A stretch of DNA of 64,000 bases from Octopus vulgaris (GCA_951406725.2 OX597826.1:39122001-39186000); one strand, 5' to 3'; numbered from the stretch's first letter, positions 51,822-63,986 are shown. The notes: generated by a model not told the origin, from the sequence alone. Made by a program: numbers and translations.

Positions 51822-53694
51822 ATCCACTGATGCTATATTTCTGGTAAGACAGCTACAGGAGAAATATCTAGCCAAAGATAAATCTATGTACCTGGCTTTC
51901 ATTGACATGGAGAAAGCCTTTGACAGGGTCCACCAATCCCTTATCTGGTGGTCAATGAGGAAACTAGGGATAGATGAATGGTTAGTAAGAGCTGTGCAAG
52001 CCATGTACAGGGACGCTATAAGGTGAGGGTTGGCAACGAGCACAGTGAAGAATACCAGGAGTCCACCAAAGTGCAGTCCTCAGCCCCCTCCGATTTATCA
52101 TAGTCCTCCAGGAAATAACAGAGGAATTCAAGACAGGATGTCCCTGGGAGCTCCTCTATGCTGATGACCTTACATTAATTGCTGAGTCACTATCAGAACT
52201 AGAGGAGAAGTTTTAGGTGTGGAAACAAGGATTAGAATTGAAGGGCCTTAGAGTCAACCTAGCTAAAACCAAAGTCCTAATAAGTAATAAGGCAGGCAAA
52301 CCACAAATCCCTTCAGGTCCTGCTCGATCTGAAGAAAAGGCGTTGGTAGAAACTCTTTAAGATGTCCCCAGTGTAAGCTATGGACACATAAGAGATGCAG
52401 CAATATCAAAGGAAGGCTAACTGGGAAGATAGTTTTGTATGTGACAGATGCTCAGGAGCAATAAATACTGAAAATGTGCAGAGAACAACATCCGCCACAT
52501 TCCAGGGAGAAAAACTAGAAGTAGTTGATAGCTTCCATTACCTAAGTGACCAAGTCAGTAGCGGGGGAGGGTGCATTAAAAGTGTAGCTGCTAGAATAAA
52601 AAAAGCCTGGGCAAAGTTCAGGGAGTTCTTACCTCTGATGGTGACAAAGGGCATCTTGCTCAGAATAAAAGGTAGACTGTATGAAGCATGTGTACAAACA
52701 GCCATGCTACATGGCAGTGAAACATGGGCCGTGACTGCTGAGGACATGCGTAAGCTCACAAGGGATGAAGCCAGTATGCTCCGATGGATGTGTAATGTCA
52801 GTGTGCATACTCGACAGAATGTAAGTACCTTGAGAGAAAACTCGGACCTAAGAAGCATCAGATGTGGTGTGCATGAGAGATGACTGAGCTGGTATGGTCA
52901 TGTGGCGAGAATGAATGAGGATAGCTGTGTGAAAAAGTGCCACACCCTAGCGATTGAGGGAACCTGTGGAAGAGGTAGACCCAGGATGACCTGGGATGAG
53001 GTGGCGAAGCATGACCTTCGAACATTAGGCCTCACCAAGACAATGACTAGAGACCAGGACCTTTGGAGATATGCTGCACTTGAGGTGACCCAGCAAGCCA
53101 AGTGAGACCATAACCTCGTGGCCTATGCCAGGGGTGTAACCAGCCCACTTATGCGTATCTATCCTTCATTGGACACTAAACTTTGCTTGCGAAGACCTGT
53201 TGAGACAAGTGAAATTGAAATCAAAATCAAATTCAATGACTGGCAACCGTGCTAGTGGAGCGCTAAGAGCACTATCCAAGCGTGATCGTTGCCAGAACAG
53301 CAAACTGGCTTCCATGCTGGTGGTATGTAAAAAGCACCATTCGAGCATGATCGTTACCAGCATCGCCTTACTGGCACTTGTGCCGGTGGCATGTGCAAAA
53401 CATTCAAGCAAGGTCACTGCCAGTACTGCCGGACTGGCTCCTGTGCAGGTGGCACATAAAAAACACCATTTGAGCGCGGCCGTTGCGAGGACCACCTGAC
53501 TGGCCCTCGTGCCGGTGGTACATAAAAGCACCCATTACATTCTTGGAGTGGTTGACATTAGGAAAGACAGCCAGCTGTAGAAACTCTGCCAGATCAGACT
53601 GGAGCCTGGTGCAGCCATCTGGTTTGCCAGCCCCAGTCAAATCATCCAACCCATGCTAGCATGGAAAGCCGATATTAAACGATGATGATGATGA
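51822..53694 (+). mobile_element. 5'-truncated RTE LINE
   Basis: DAIFLVRQLQEKY, LAFIDMEKAFD, ELLYADDL, PHD insert, 3' UTR repeats and (GAT)n tail. Confidence 0.93.
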
Positions 53695-54074
53695 CATATA
53701 TATACATATATACTCATACATATATATATATATATACATATATATACATAAATATACATGTATATATACACATATATATATAAAATGTTATACATATACA
53801 CATATATATTTAAAATTGAATAAGGGTAGAAATTGATATTAATAAATTAAAACCACTGGCCTAGCATATTTTTTAAAAAATCCGAAGATTAAAAATTTTT
53901 TTACATACAAAATTTAGAGGACTAACCACTATAAGTGAACAGCCTGTATGCTAGAAATAGACGTCAAAATCGCCATTTTCCACAAAGAATGTGTTCTCAA
54001 GAAAAAATTCAGCAAAAAAACCAGTGAAAAAATAAGCAAGACAAATGAAAATATACAAAATAAAAGACAATTAC

Positions 54075-54149
54075 CTATGTATTAATTAGTTTCACTTGTT
54101 AATATTTATGTATATGGATACGTAAACATCTGCAAAATCATCAGCATAG
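54075..54149 (-). ncRNA. Type I hammerhead ribozyme inside a ~527-bp direct-repeat unit
   Basis: Minus strand: ctatg-CTGATGA-[44-nt hairpin]-GAAAC-taatta-ATA-catag. Direct repeats at 53808-53918 and 54335-54437. Confidence 0.72.
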
Positions 54150-55035
54150 TCTGTCGTTTACAAAACAAAGTTTCCAGAACTAGATACAGAACGCTCGACC
54201 AAAATCCAGCATGTATAAAGTTCTACAAATCATATTTATGTGTATCTTTCAAATGCCTTCACTTTGGCGCGCTGAGATCGGAAATTACTCTGCAGTTAAA
54301 CTACAGCAGTCAATTCACCGGCTAGAGAACATTTATTTAAGATTAAATAAGGGTAGAAATTGATATTAATCAATTAAAATCAGAGGCCTAGCATATTTTA
54401 AGAAAATCCGAAGATTTTTTTACATACAAAATTTAGATCGGACTGGAGCCTGGTGCAGCCTCCTGGCTTCCCAGAACCCGGTCGAACCATCCAACCCATG
54501 CTAGCATGGAAAACGGACGTTAAACGATGATGATGATAATTTCAATACCGGTTTCAGTCATTGGGACTTTTTCATCTGTATGGAAAACAATTAAATTTTG
54601 GTAAAGAAAAGCTTTTTAAAAAAATATTTGCATAGTATTCAAATACAATAGGCATTTTCCTTTTTACTGCTTGTCGTTTACTCTTGTGGTTTTGAGGTTG
54701 TTGTGAATTCTTGGCAGAGAAAAAATAGAAGGAAGAGGAGGAAGCAGATAAGAAGAAGAAGAATGCAGGAGTGCCATGATAGAAGTGGGATGTTAAATGG
54801 TCAAGTGCCCTGAAAGTGACTTGTGGGTGGCAGTATCAATTGAATTCTTGAGACATCTCTTTAGAATGTATTGTTTATAATATTTGCGTAGGTGTTATTC
54901 TAAAGAGCAATAGTAGTAACATAAGGAAGGAGGTGGCGGAAGAAGACGAAGAGGGGGAAAGAGAAGAGAGAATAATAAAGGATGCAGGTGGTATGATAAT
55001 AGTAGGATGTTAAATGGTCAAGTGACCTAAAAGTG

Positions 55036-55136
55036 TGTATATATATATATATATATACATAAATATATATATATATATATAAATATACATAAATATAAAT
55101 ATATATATATATCTATATATATATACATAAATATAA

Positions 55137-55167
<31 letters not shown>

Positions 55168-55192
55168 CATAAATATAAATATATATATATAC

Positions 55193-55225
<33 letters not shown>

Positions 55226-55572
55226 AATATAAACATACATAAATATAAACATAAATATAAATATATATATAAATATGAATATATATATATATATATACAT
55301 AAATATAAATATATATATACATAAATATAAACATACATAAATATAAACATAAATATAAATATATATATATATATATATATAAATATGAATATATATATAT
55401 ATATACATAAATATAAATATATATATATACATAAATATAAATATATATATATATATACATAAGTATAAATATATATATACATAAATATAAATATATATAT
55501 ACATAAATATATATATATATATATATAAATATACATAAATATAAATATATATATATATATACATAAATATAC

Positions 55573-55605
<33 letters not shown>

Positions 55606-55654
55606 AATATACATAAATATAAATATATATATATATATACATAAATATACATAA

Positions 55655-55701
<47 letters not shown>

Positions 55702-56019
55702 AATATATATATATAAAAATAAATATAAGAGAATGGTCACTATGTGGCTCATTCTAGCACTAGAAAATCCAAAAGGTTTCAACCACAAAAATACATGTTT
55801 CCCATGGGAAACATGTATTTTTGTGGTTGAAACCTTTTGGATTTTCTAGTGCTAGAATGAGCCACATAGTGACCATTCTCTTATATTTATTTTTGTATAA
55901 AATATTATAATATATTATAAAATATTATAATAATCCAGGTTTCTCGAGGCACTGGGCCACTTGGTGTTGAACAGATATACTATTAAATTAGTATCTAATT
56001 CTCTCACCCTTATTAATTA

Positions 56020-56050
<31 letters not shown>

Positions 56051-56051
56051 A

Positions 56052-56082
<31 letters not shown>

Positions 56083-56083
56083 A

Positions 56084-56114
<31 letters not shown>

Positions 56115-56193
56115 TATAAATATACATAAATATAAATATATATATATATATAAATATACATATATATATAAATATATATATATATAAATATAC

Positions 56194-56268
<75 letters not shown>

Positions 56269-56271
56269 TAT

Positions 56272-56304
<33 letters not shown>

Positions 56305-56316
56305 AATATATATATA
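55036..56316. repeat. Compound (TA)n / ACATAAATAT satellite tracts flanking a palindrome
   Basis: 55036-55714 and 56020-56316 are almost entirely A/T. Confidence 0.95.
55715..55894. repeat. Perfect spacerless 180-bp palindrome
   Basis: 90-bp arms centred on ccca/tggg (55804/55805). Confidence 0.95.
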
Positions 56317-56346
56317 ACTTCTCTTTCTTCTTTCCTTTCTTTTCAG

Positions 56347-59300
56347 GTACATGAAGCCACTGTCCCCTGTCCCAGGGTCTCACAGGCCCATACCTCCCAC
56401 ACCCTCAGGGTTGGCAGTCTCAATGTTGGCACACTGAAAGCTAGGTCTAGTGAGATTGTTGAGATGCTTGAATGGAGATGTGTCGATATGTGCTGCATCC
56501 AAGAAGTAAGGTGGAGAGGAGGTTCTGCTAGGTTCCTCACAGGCAAAGAACGTGGGTACAAGATTTTCTGGGCGGGGAACACTGACGGGGTCGGGGGCAT
56601 TGGTATACTTCTCGCTGAAAAATGGGTAGATAAGGTAATTGGGGTAGTCAGAGTATGTGACAGAATACTTAAGATTAGATTAGTGCTTCACCATGGGTTA
56701 GCAACCATTAAATCGGCCTATGCCCATCAGCTGGGGCTACCCGATGGACAGAAAGACCGATTCTATGACACACTACTGCAGACTACCTCATTGACGAATG
56801 ACAGGGACCTTTTTTTGTGGCTGGTGACTTCAATGGACATGTTGGACAACATACAGGGGGCCTCCATGGCGTACATGGAAGCTATGGCTATGGTTCCTGC
56901 AACGAGGAGGGAACCAGGCTGCTGGAGTTCTGCGATGCAAATGATCTTATGGTTTGCAACACTAACTTCAGGAAACCTACCAGTCACCTAGTCTCCTACC
57001 GATCGGGCCGACATAATAGCCAAATTGACTACATCCTTGCCAGAAAAAGGGAAAGATGGTTGCTTATAAATGCCAAAACCTTCCCAAAGAATGTATCCCA
57101 CAACATAGACTGGTAGTTAGTGACTTTAGGATCAGGATTAAGTGGACACCCAGAAGACGACCAACATGGAAAAGAAGGATCTGGAAGCTTAAAGGTCTTG
57201 CGAATGGACAGAGATTTAGAGAATATTACTCAAAGCATTTGACGAAATAGAAGAGGATATAGCTTCACATAGTGTAGAAGACAACTGGAGGTTTCTATGG
57301 GACAACCTGTTGAAAGCCACTAACCAGATCTGTGGATGGTGCAAAGTCCCCTCTCGACCCAAAATAACATGGTGGTGGAACAATTTTGTAGACAGGGCTA
57401 TTAGAGAAAAGAGACAGGCTTGGAAGGACTGGAAGAACGGTGGTAGCAGGGAATTGCATCAGACTGCCAAAAGAGAAGCTAGGAGACAGGTTTACTTAGC
57501 CAGAGGGGAAGCAGATAAGAAAAAATTTGCCAATGTTCTGTGCCATGAGGATCAAAGACTTGAGGTATTTTGTGCTGCAAGACAGTTTGTGAGAAAGAAT
57601 CGAGATGTTGTAGGAGAGAAATGTGTCTGCATGGATGATAGTTCTCTTGCGCTAAATGGGGCTGCAAAGAGAGAGGTTCGGAGACGCCATTATGAAAGGT
57701 TGCTGAATAAAGAAAATGAATGGGAGAAAGAGAGTCTGCTGAATGTTGACCCAACAGAGGGACCTGCTATCTGAGTTGACAGTACCTTGATAGATAAAGC
57801 AATTAAGAATATAAAGACAAGGAAAGCCCCTGGCCCATCAGGAATCATTGCAGAGATGCTCAAAATATCTGGCAGTGTTGGCTATAGCCTAGTCACCCGT
57901 ATAGTTAACCAGGTGATACACGAAGGAGTCATACCCAATGACTGGTGTAGCAGCATAATAGTCAACTGCTACAAAGGTAAAGGTGACGCTTTAGATACAA
58001 ATAATTACAGAGGTATCAAGCTGTTGGATCAGGTAATGAAAGTCATGGAGAGGGTCATAGCCCAACTAATTAGGGAGAGAGTCAGTTTGGATGAGATGCA
58101 GTTTGGTTTTGTGCCAGGGAAAAGCACCACTGATGCTATATTTCTGGTAAGACAGCTGCAGGAGAAATACCTAGCCAAAGATAAGCCCCTGTACCTCGCT
58201 TTCGTTGACACAGAGAAAGCCTTTGACAGGGTCCCCCGATCCCTTATCTGGTGGTCAATGAGGAAACTAGGGATAGATGAATGGTTAGTGAGAGCTGTGC
58301 AAGCCATGTACAAGGACACTGTAAAGTGAGGTTTGGCAACTAGTACACTGAAGAATTCAGGGTAGAGATAGGGGTCCGCCAAGGTTCAGTCCTCAGCCCC
58401 CTCCTATTTATCATAGTCCTCCAAGCAATAACAGAGGAATTCCAGACAGGATGCCCCTGGGAGCTCCTCTATGCTGATGACCTTGCTCTAATTGCTGAGT
58501 CAGTATCAGAACTAGAGGAGAAGTTTCAAGTGTGGAAACAAGGATTAGAATCAAAGGGCCTTAGAGTCAACATAGCTAAAACCAAAGTCCTAATAAGTAG
58601 TAAGGCAGGCAAACCACAAATCCTTTCAGGTAGATGGCCCTGTTCGATCTGTAGTAGAGGTGTAGGTAGAAACTCTATAAGATGTACCCAGTGTAAGCTA
58701 TAGACACATAAGAGGTGCAGTAATATCAAAGGAAGGCTAACTGGGAAGATAGCTTTTGTATGTGTCAGATGCTCGAGTGCAATAAACACAATGTGCAGAG
58801 AACAACTTCCGCTACATTCCAGGGAGAAAAACTAGAAGTAGTTGATAGCTTCCATTACCTAAGTGACCAAGTCAGTAGCGGGGGAGGGTGCTCTGAAAGT
58901 GTAGCTGCTAGAAAAAGAATAGCTTGGGTAAAGTTCAGAATGCTCTTACCACTACTGGTGACAAAGGGCCTCTCGCTCAGAATAAAAGGTAGACTGTATG
59001 TTGCATGTGTACGAAGAGCCATGCTACATGGCAGTGAAACATGGGCTGTGACTGCTGGGGACATGCGTAAGCTCACAAGGAATGAAGCCAGTATGATCCG
59101 ATGGATGTGTAATGTCTGTGCATTCTCGACAGTGTGTAAGTACCTTAAGAGAAAAGTTGGACTTAAGAAGCATCAGATGTGGTGTGCAAGAGAGATGACT
59201 GCGCTGGTATGGTCATGTAGTGAGAATGGATAAGGATAGCTGTGTGAAAAAGTGCCACACCCTAGCAGTTGAGGGAACCTGTGGAAGAGGAAGACCCAGG

Positions 59301-60043
59301 AAGCACGAGCTTCGAACTTTAAGCCTCACCAAGGAAATGACTAGTGACCGAGACCTTTGGAAATATGCTGTGCTTGAGAAGACCTGGCAAGCCAAATGAG
59401 ACCATAATCTCGTGGCCTGTGCCAGGGGCATAACCAGTCCACTTGTGCATACCTTTTCCTTCTTTGGACACTAAACTCTGCTTGCAAACCTGTTGAGGCA
59501 AGTGAAATCGAAATCAAAGTAAAATTCGATGACGGGCACGAGCACCATTCGAGCGTGATCGTTGACAGAGCGGCTAACAGTCTTCCGTACTAGTGGCACA
59601 TAAAGGGCACCATTCGAGTGTGATCATTGCCAGCTTTGCCTTACTGGCACTTGTGCCCTGTGCTAGTAGGGTGCTAAGAGCACCATCCGAGCATGATTGT
59701 TGCCAGAGTGGCTAATTGGCTTTCGTGCTGGTGGCATGTAGGAAGCACCATTCGAGCGGGATTGTTACCAGCATCGCCTTACTGACACCTGTGCCATTGG
59801 CATGTGTAAAAAATTCGAGCGAGGTCGTTGCCAGTACCACCTGACTGGCCCCCCGTGCCGGTGGCACGTAAAAGCACCTACTACACTCTTGGAGTGGTTG
59901 GCGTTAGGAAGGGCATCCAGCTGTAGAAACTCTGCCAGATCAAGACTGGAGCCTGGTGCAGCTATCTGGTTCGCCAGCCCACAGTCAAACCATCCAACCC
60001 ATGATAGCAAGGAAAGCGGACATTAAATGACAACGATGATGAT
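56347..60043 (+). mobile_element. Near-full-length RTE-clade LINE: AP endonuclease plus RT with PHD insertion; pseudogenised
   Basis: [77 protein letters not shown] (about 58470), FHYLS, HGSETW; several frameshifts and stops; (GAT)n tail. Confidence 0.95.
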
Positions 60044-60233
60044 AAATATAAATATATATATATAAAGTGGTAGGGTAGATATTTTCGCCAAGACGGTAGT
60101 TGAGTGCTGATTTTTTAGAGTTGCGGTAGTGAGATAAATTTTGTTTTTGAAAATTGTTGTTGGAAACTCATTTTGAATGTTGTATTAATTGTTGAATTTT
60201 TGAAAATTGTTTTGCTGCTGCCCACTGTTGGGT

Positions 60234-61606
60234 ATGCAAGCTGAGACTTACAAGAGAGTAGCAGGCAAAAGCATGTCTGCCGACGCGTTACAGTTGAAGG
60301 AAGTGAGAATTGAAAAAGAAAATCTTAAGAAATATTTTGACAGCTTTAAAAAAGGGGACTGTCTAAGAATCACATCGCTAATAGATGCAGTTCAAAAAGC
60401 TGAGAAAAGGATAATAACATATAGAACGTGAAATGTAGCCACAAAAAGAATTGAAGTGGCAGAAATAGAGGAGATAGAACAGTATCTAGAAGAAATAAAG
60501 GATAGAACCACCTTCTACACTAGAGGGAGAAAGTACGCCCCAGTTGAAGTACGCTTCAAAAACGAAGAAGACATGCAACAACAGCATTAAGAACAACTAG
60601 GTGGGTACTCCTACCTACTTACTGTGGTAGGCGAGCAATGAGAGTTCGAATTAGTAGGGTCACACCGGAAATGGACATAGAAAGACTGATAGCAGCAATT
60701 ATATATAATTGTAAGGAAGAGGTAGATATCCTCAAGGTAGAGAAGTCTAATGATATCAACTGGTGGGTTTATGCAGTAGAAGCACTAATACACATAACCC
60801 TGCCAGATTTGCACAACATCTCAGAGGAGTTGGTGTTCCCCGATGAGACCCAACTGAGAGTCGTGGTGGAGGAGAGACTTCTAGTATGCTATAAGTGTAA
60901 AAGCAGAGGGCACATGAAGGCAATGTGCCCTCTAAGAGAAATACATGAAGAAGAGATGACCTTAGAAGAATTCATGAGAGACGTTACAGCGGAGATAGAG
61001 AAAGAAAATGAAGGAAAAAGCTTGAAGACGAGAGAGTTGAATGCGGAAGAGGAGCTCATGACCATGGATAACATAGCAAGAGATGATGAGCTAGAGAAGG
61101 AGAAAGAAAAAGAGGAAGAGAAAAAGGAAGATAGAAAAAGAACACGGGTGGAATCACCACCTAAAAACCTAAAAAAGAAAAAAGGAAAAAAGAAGTCTGC
61201 TGAAGAGACAACAGAGAATCGAACTCAGGAGGTGAAACAAGCAACAGATAGATCAATTGAAGAGAAAATTGAAGAGTGGACAAAAAGGGTGGAGGAACGT
61301 CTGGAAGCTTGTAAAAAAGGAAGAAGACCTAAGGGTAGGAACTTTAGAGCAGTAATGTATTACCTAAAAGACAAAGAAATCGAAAAAAGACTAGTCATAA
61401 TGAAAGGGCTAATAAGAGTGAAGTTAAACCCTGGAATGTACAGCCATGAAATGAAAGCAGTATTGTTGGAGTATGAAACAGTGGATAGATTAACAGATTT
61501 ATTCCCGAGGACTCTTGTGTGTATCAGTCTCTATGTACATTACGACAGTTTGCCCAGCATAATGGAGCAGGAGCAAATGCTAGAATACATAACGGACGAA
61601 TACCTC
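60234..61606 (+). pseudogene. gag-like ORF1 with CCHC zinc knuckle (L1/Tx1-type), disrupted; no ORF2 follows
   Basis: ATG at 60234, in-frame TGA at 60429, frameshift near 60590. CYKCKSRGHMKAMC (CX2CX4HX4C) and a long charged region; it runs into a SINE. Confidence 0.7.
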
Positions 61607-61962
61607 GTTCAGTCCCACTGCGTGGCACATTGAGCAAATGTTTTCTACTATAGCCTCGAGCCGACCAAAGCCTTGTGAGTGGATTTGGTAGACAGAAACT
61701 GAAAGAAGCCCGTCGTATATATGTATATATACATAAGCATGTGTGTGCATATGTTTGTGTCTGTGTTTGTCCCTCCAACATCACTTGACAATCAATGCTG
61801 GTGTGTTTACATCCCCGTAACTTAGCAGTTCGGCAAAAGAGACCGATAGAATAAGTACTAGGCTTACAAAGAATAAGTCCTGGGTGTCGATTTGTTCGAC
61901 TAAAGGCGGTGCTCCAGCATGGCCATAGTCAAATGACTGAAACAAGCAAAAGAGTAAAGAGT
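61607..61962 (+). mobile_element. SINE family A, 5'-truncated
   Basis: Begins at gttcagtcccactgcgtggcac. Confidence 0.9.
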
Positions 61963-61967
61963 ATTAT

Positions 61968-62141
61968 CGGTGGCACGTAAAAAGCACCCACTACACTCAC
62001 GGAGTGGTTGGCGTTAGGAAGGGCATCCAGCCAGATCAGACTGGGCCTGATGCAACCTTCTGGCTTCACAGACCCCAGTTGAACCGTCCAACCCATGCTA
62101 GCATGGAAAGCGGACGCTAAATGATGATGATGATGATGATG
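61968..62141 (+). mobile_element. RTE LINE 3'-end fragment
   Basis: ggagtggttggcgttaggaagggcatccag...(GAT)n. Confidence 0.88.
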
Positions 62142-62276
62142 ATATATATATATATGTATATTTGGATCTACAACTTCAATATCCCTACATATCTTGCATC
62201 TATTTTTTTTCCTCCACCTCACTCTCTATTTTGTATCACATCTAAACTAACTATGACTTAACCATCCTCTCACACC

Positions 62277-62324
62277 GTCTCCGATGAAAGGATATAATAA
62301 ATATCCTGGAAACAGCTGTAAGAC
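62277..62324 (+). ncRNA. Type I hammerhead ribozyme (U4C core variant)
   Basis: gtct-CCGATGA-a-aggatat(aataa)atatcct-g-GAAAC-agct-GTA-agac; palindromic stem III ACAGCTGT. Confidence 0.72.
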
Positions 62325-62810
62325 CTTCTATCTATAAATGTTCTAATATCTACACAGCCTTGGTTATTTTTATCTCATTACACAAAAAATTCTTATATTT
62401 ATTTATATTGTTTTAGAACTCTGAAAACAAATACATTTTTCTGACTTTTAAATTTCTCATTAAGTTTTCTCAATGACATCATTGTAATTTCTAACTTTTA
62501 ATTTGTAATTCTAAATTTTTAATAAGGTTTTCTTATATTCACTATATCACCCTACATATTGAACTATTTCTTTCTAATATTTTCATATATATTCTTATTT
62601 GAGATATCTCTGTCTAGTATATTCTTCAATAATAGTTTTAATATGTTCTGAATGTCTTAATGTATTTGTTGTATTAATGTATGTCATAAATACAAGGTGA
62701 ATATCTAATTTTTGTTTCTTCTTTAAATTATATTATTTACTATCTAGTGTCTCAGGGTCAACCTGAGTACTTTGAAACAGTTTTATAATGTTTTGAAAGA
62801 AAAAGCAATA

Positions 62811-62849
<39 letters not shown>

Positions 62850-62861
62850 TTTATAGAAGGA

Positions 62862-62910
62862 GCTTCTACAGGACTAGAACTGTTTCATTCAAAAGAAATC
62901 ATCAGGAAGC
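62862..62910 (-). ncRNA. Type I hammerhead ribozyme
   Basis: Minus strand: gcttc-CTGATGA-t-ttc(tttt)gaa-t-GAAAC-ag(ttctagtc)ct-GTA-gaagc. Confidence 0.8.
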
Positions 62911-63164
62911 AAGTAGACAAGAGTTGTTTTGGCATTTATACATTTAGGCAGGTTTAAATGGGTGGTGGTGGGGGACTTTTTTGGGGGTAGGCATGGCGCT
63001 AAACTGTCATTATTAGGGGAGTGGTAAAAGGAATCGGTGGTAAAGTAGATAAAAGAATAAATAAAAGAATAAAAAATAAAATAAAAAAATAAAAAAATAA
63101 TAAAAAAATAAAAAATATAAATAGAAAAGTTTTAGGTAAGTGGGGAGACTCTCACTTGTACATC

Positions 63165-63946
63165 TACATATATATATACACATACACATATACACACCCG
63201 CATATTCACATATATCTATACATATACACACCCACATATACATACATACGTACACATACACATACATATATATATATATACATATATCTACACATACCCA
63301 TGTACGTACACACAGATACACATATACATACACATACATACACATATGTATACCCACTCGCACATATATATACAAATGCATATACATGCACGCACATACA
63401 CACACATTTTTTTCTCTTATTTTAATTTTATTAACTACTTTTGTTTATATCTTTATTTTTATCTTGACCGGTCAAACTTGTCCCAAGGGATCTCTAAAGA
63501 TTCTGTTTTTCTATCTACTTACTGATACACGCAAGCACTCACTCACGCACACACATTCACACGTACACTCACGCACACACATTCACACGTACACTCACGC
63601 ACGAGTTATATTCATACACGCCTACATCTACATACATTCATGTATATTCACATACACGCATACACATACATACCTCAACACACCCACAGAAGACTAGTCC
63701 AGAAGACTAGTCCATACATATACACTAATTAATATATATACACATATACATATACACATACATACACATACATACATATACATACACATATATATACATA
63801 TATATATACACATATATATCCATATACATATACATACACATATACACTCATACATATATACACATGCATGCATACACATATACATATACATACATATACA
63901 CATACATATATATATATATATACACATATATATATATATACATACA

Positions 63947-63981
<35 letters not shown>
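63165..63981. repeat. (CA/TA)n low-complexity tracts
   Basis: Seen directly. Confidence 0.9.

Positions 63982-63986
<5 letters not shown>

Noticed and set aside
55010-56383. Long Y/I-rich ORFs
   Set aside because: Translations of (TA)n microsatellite.
56464-59233. Separate genes in the ORF track
   Set aside because: They are frameshifted pieces of one RTE ORF and their antisense shadows.
59530-59880. CRISPR-like repeat-spacer appearance (also the 65-bp repeat at 1-150)
   Set aside because: The units are homologous along their whole length with no unique spacers. The 59530 array lies in a LINE 3' UTR, and the context is eukaryotic with no cas genes.
60429-60431. In-frame TGA as selenocysteine or programmed read-through
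   Set aside because: The copy also has a frameshift, so a TGG>TGA decay mutation is simpler; no SECIS was recognised.
63013-63951. H/T/Y/C/V-rich ORFs
   Set aside because: Translations of (CA/TA)n low-complexity DNA.
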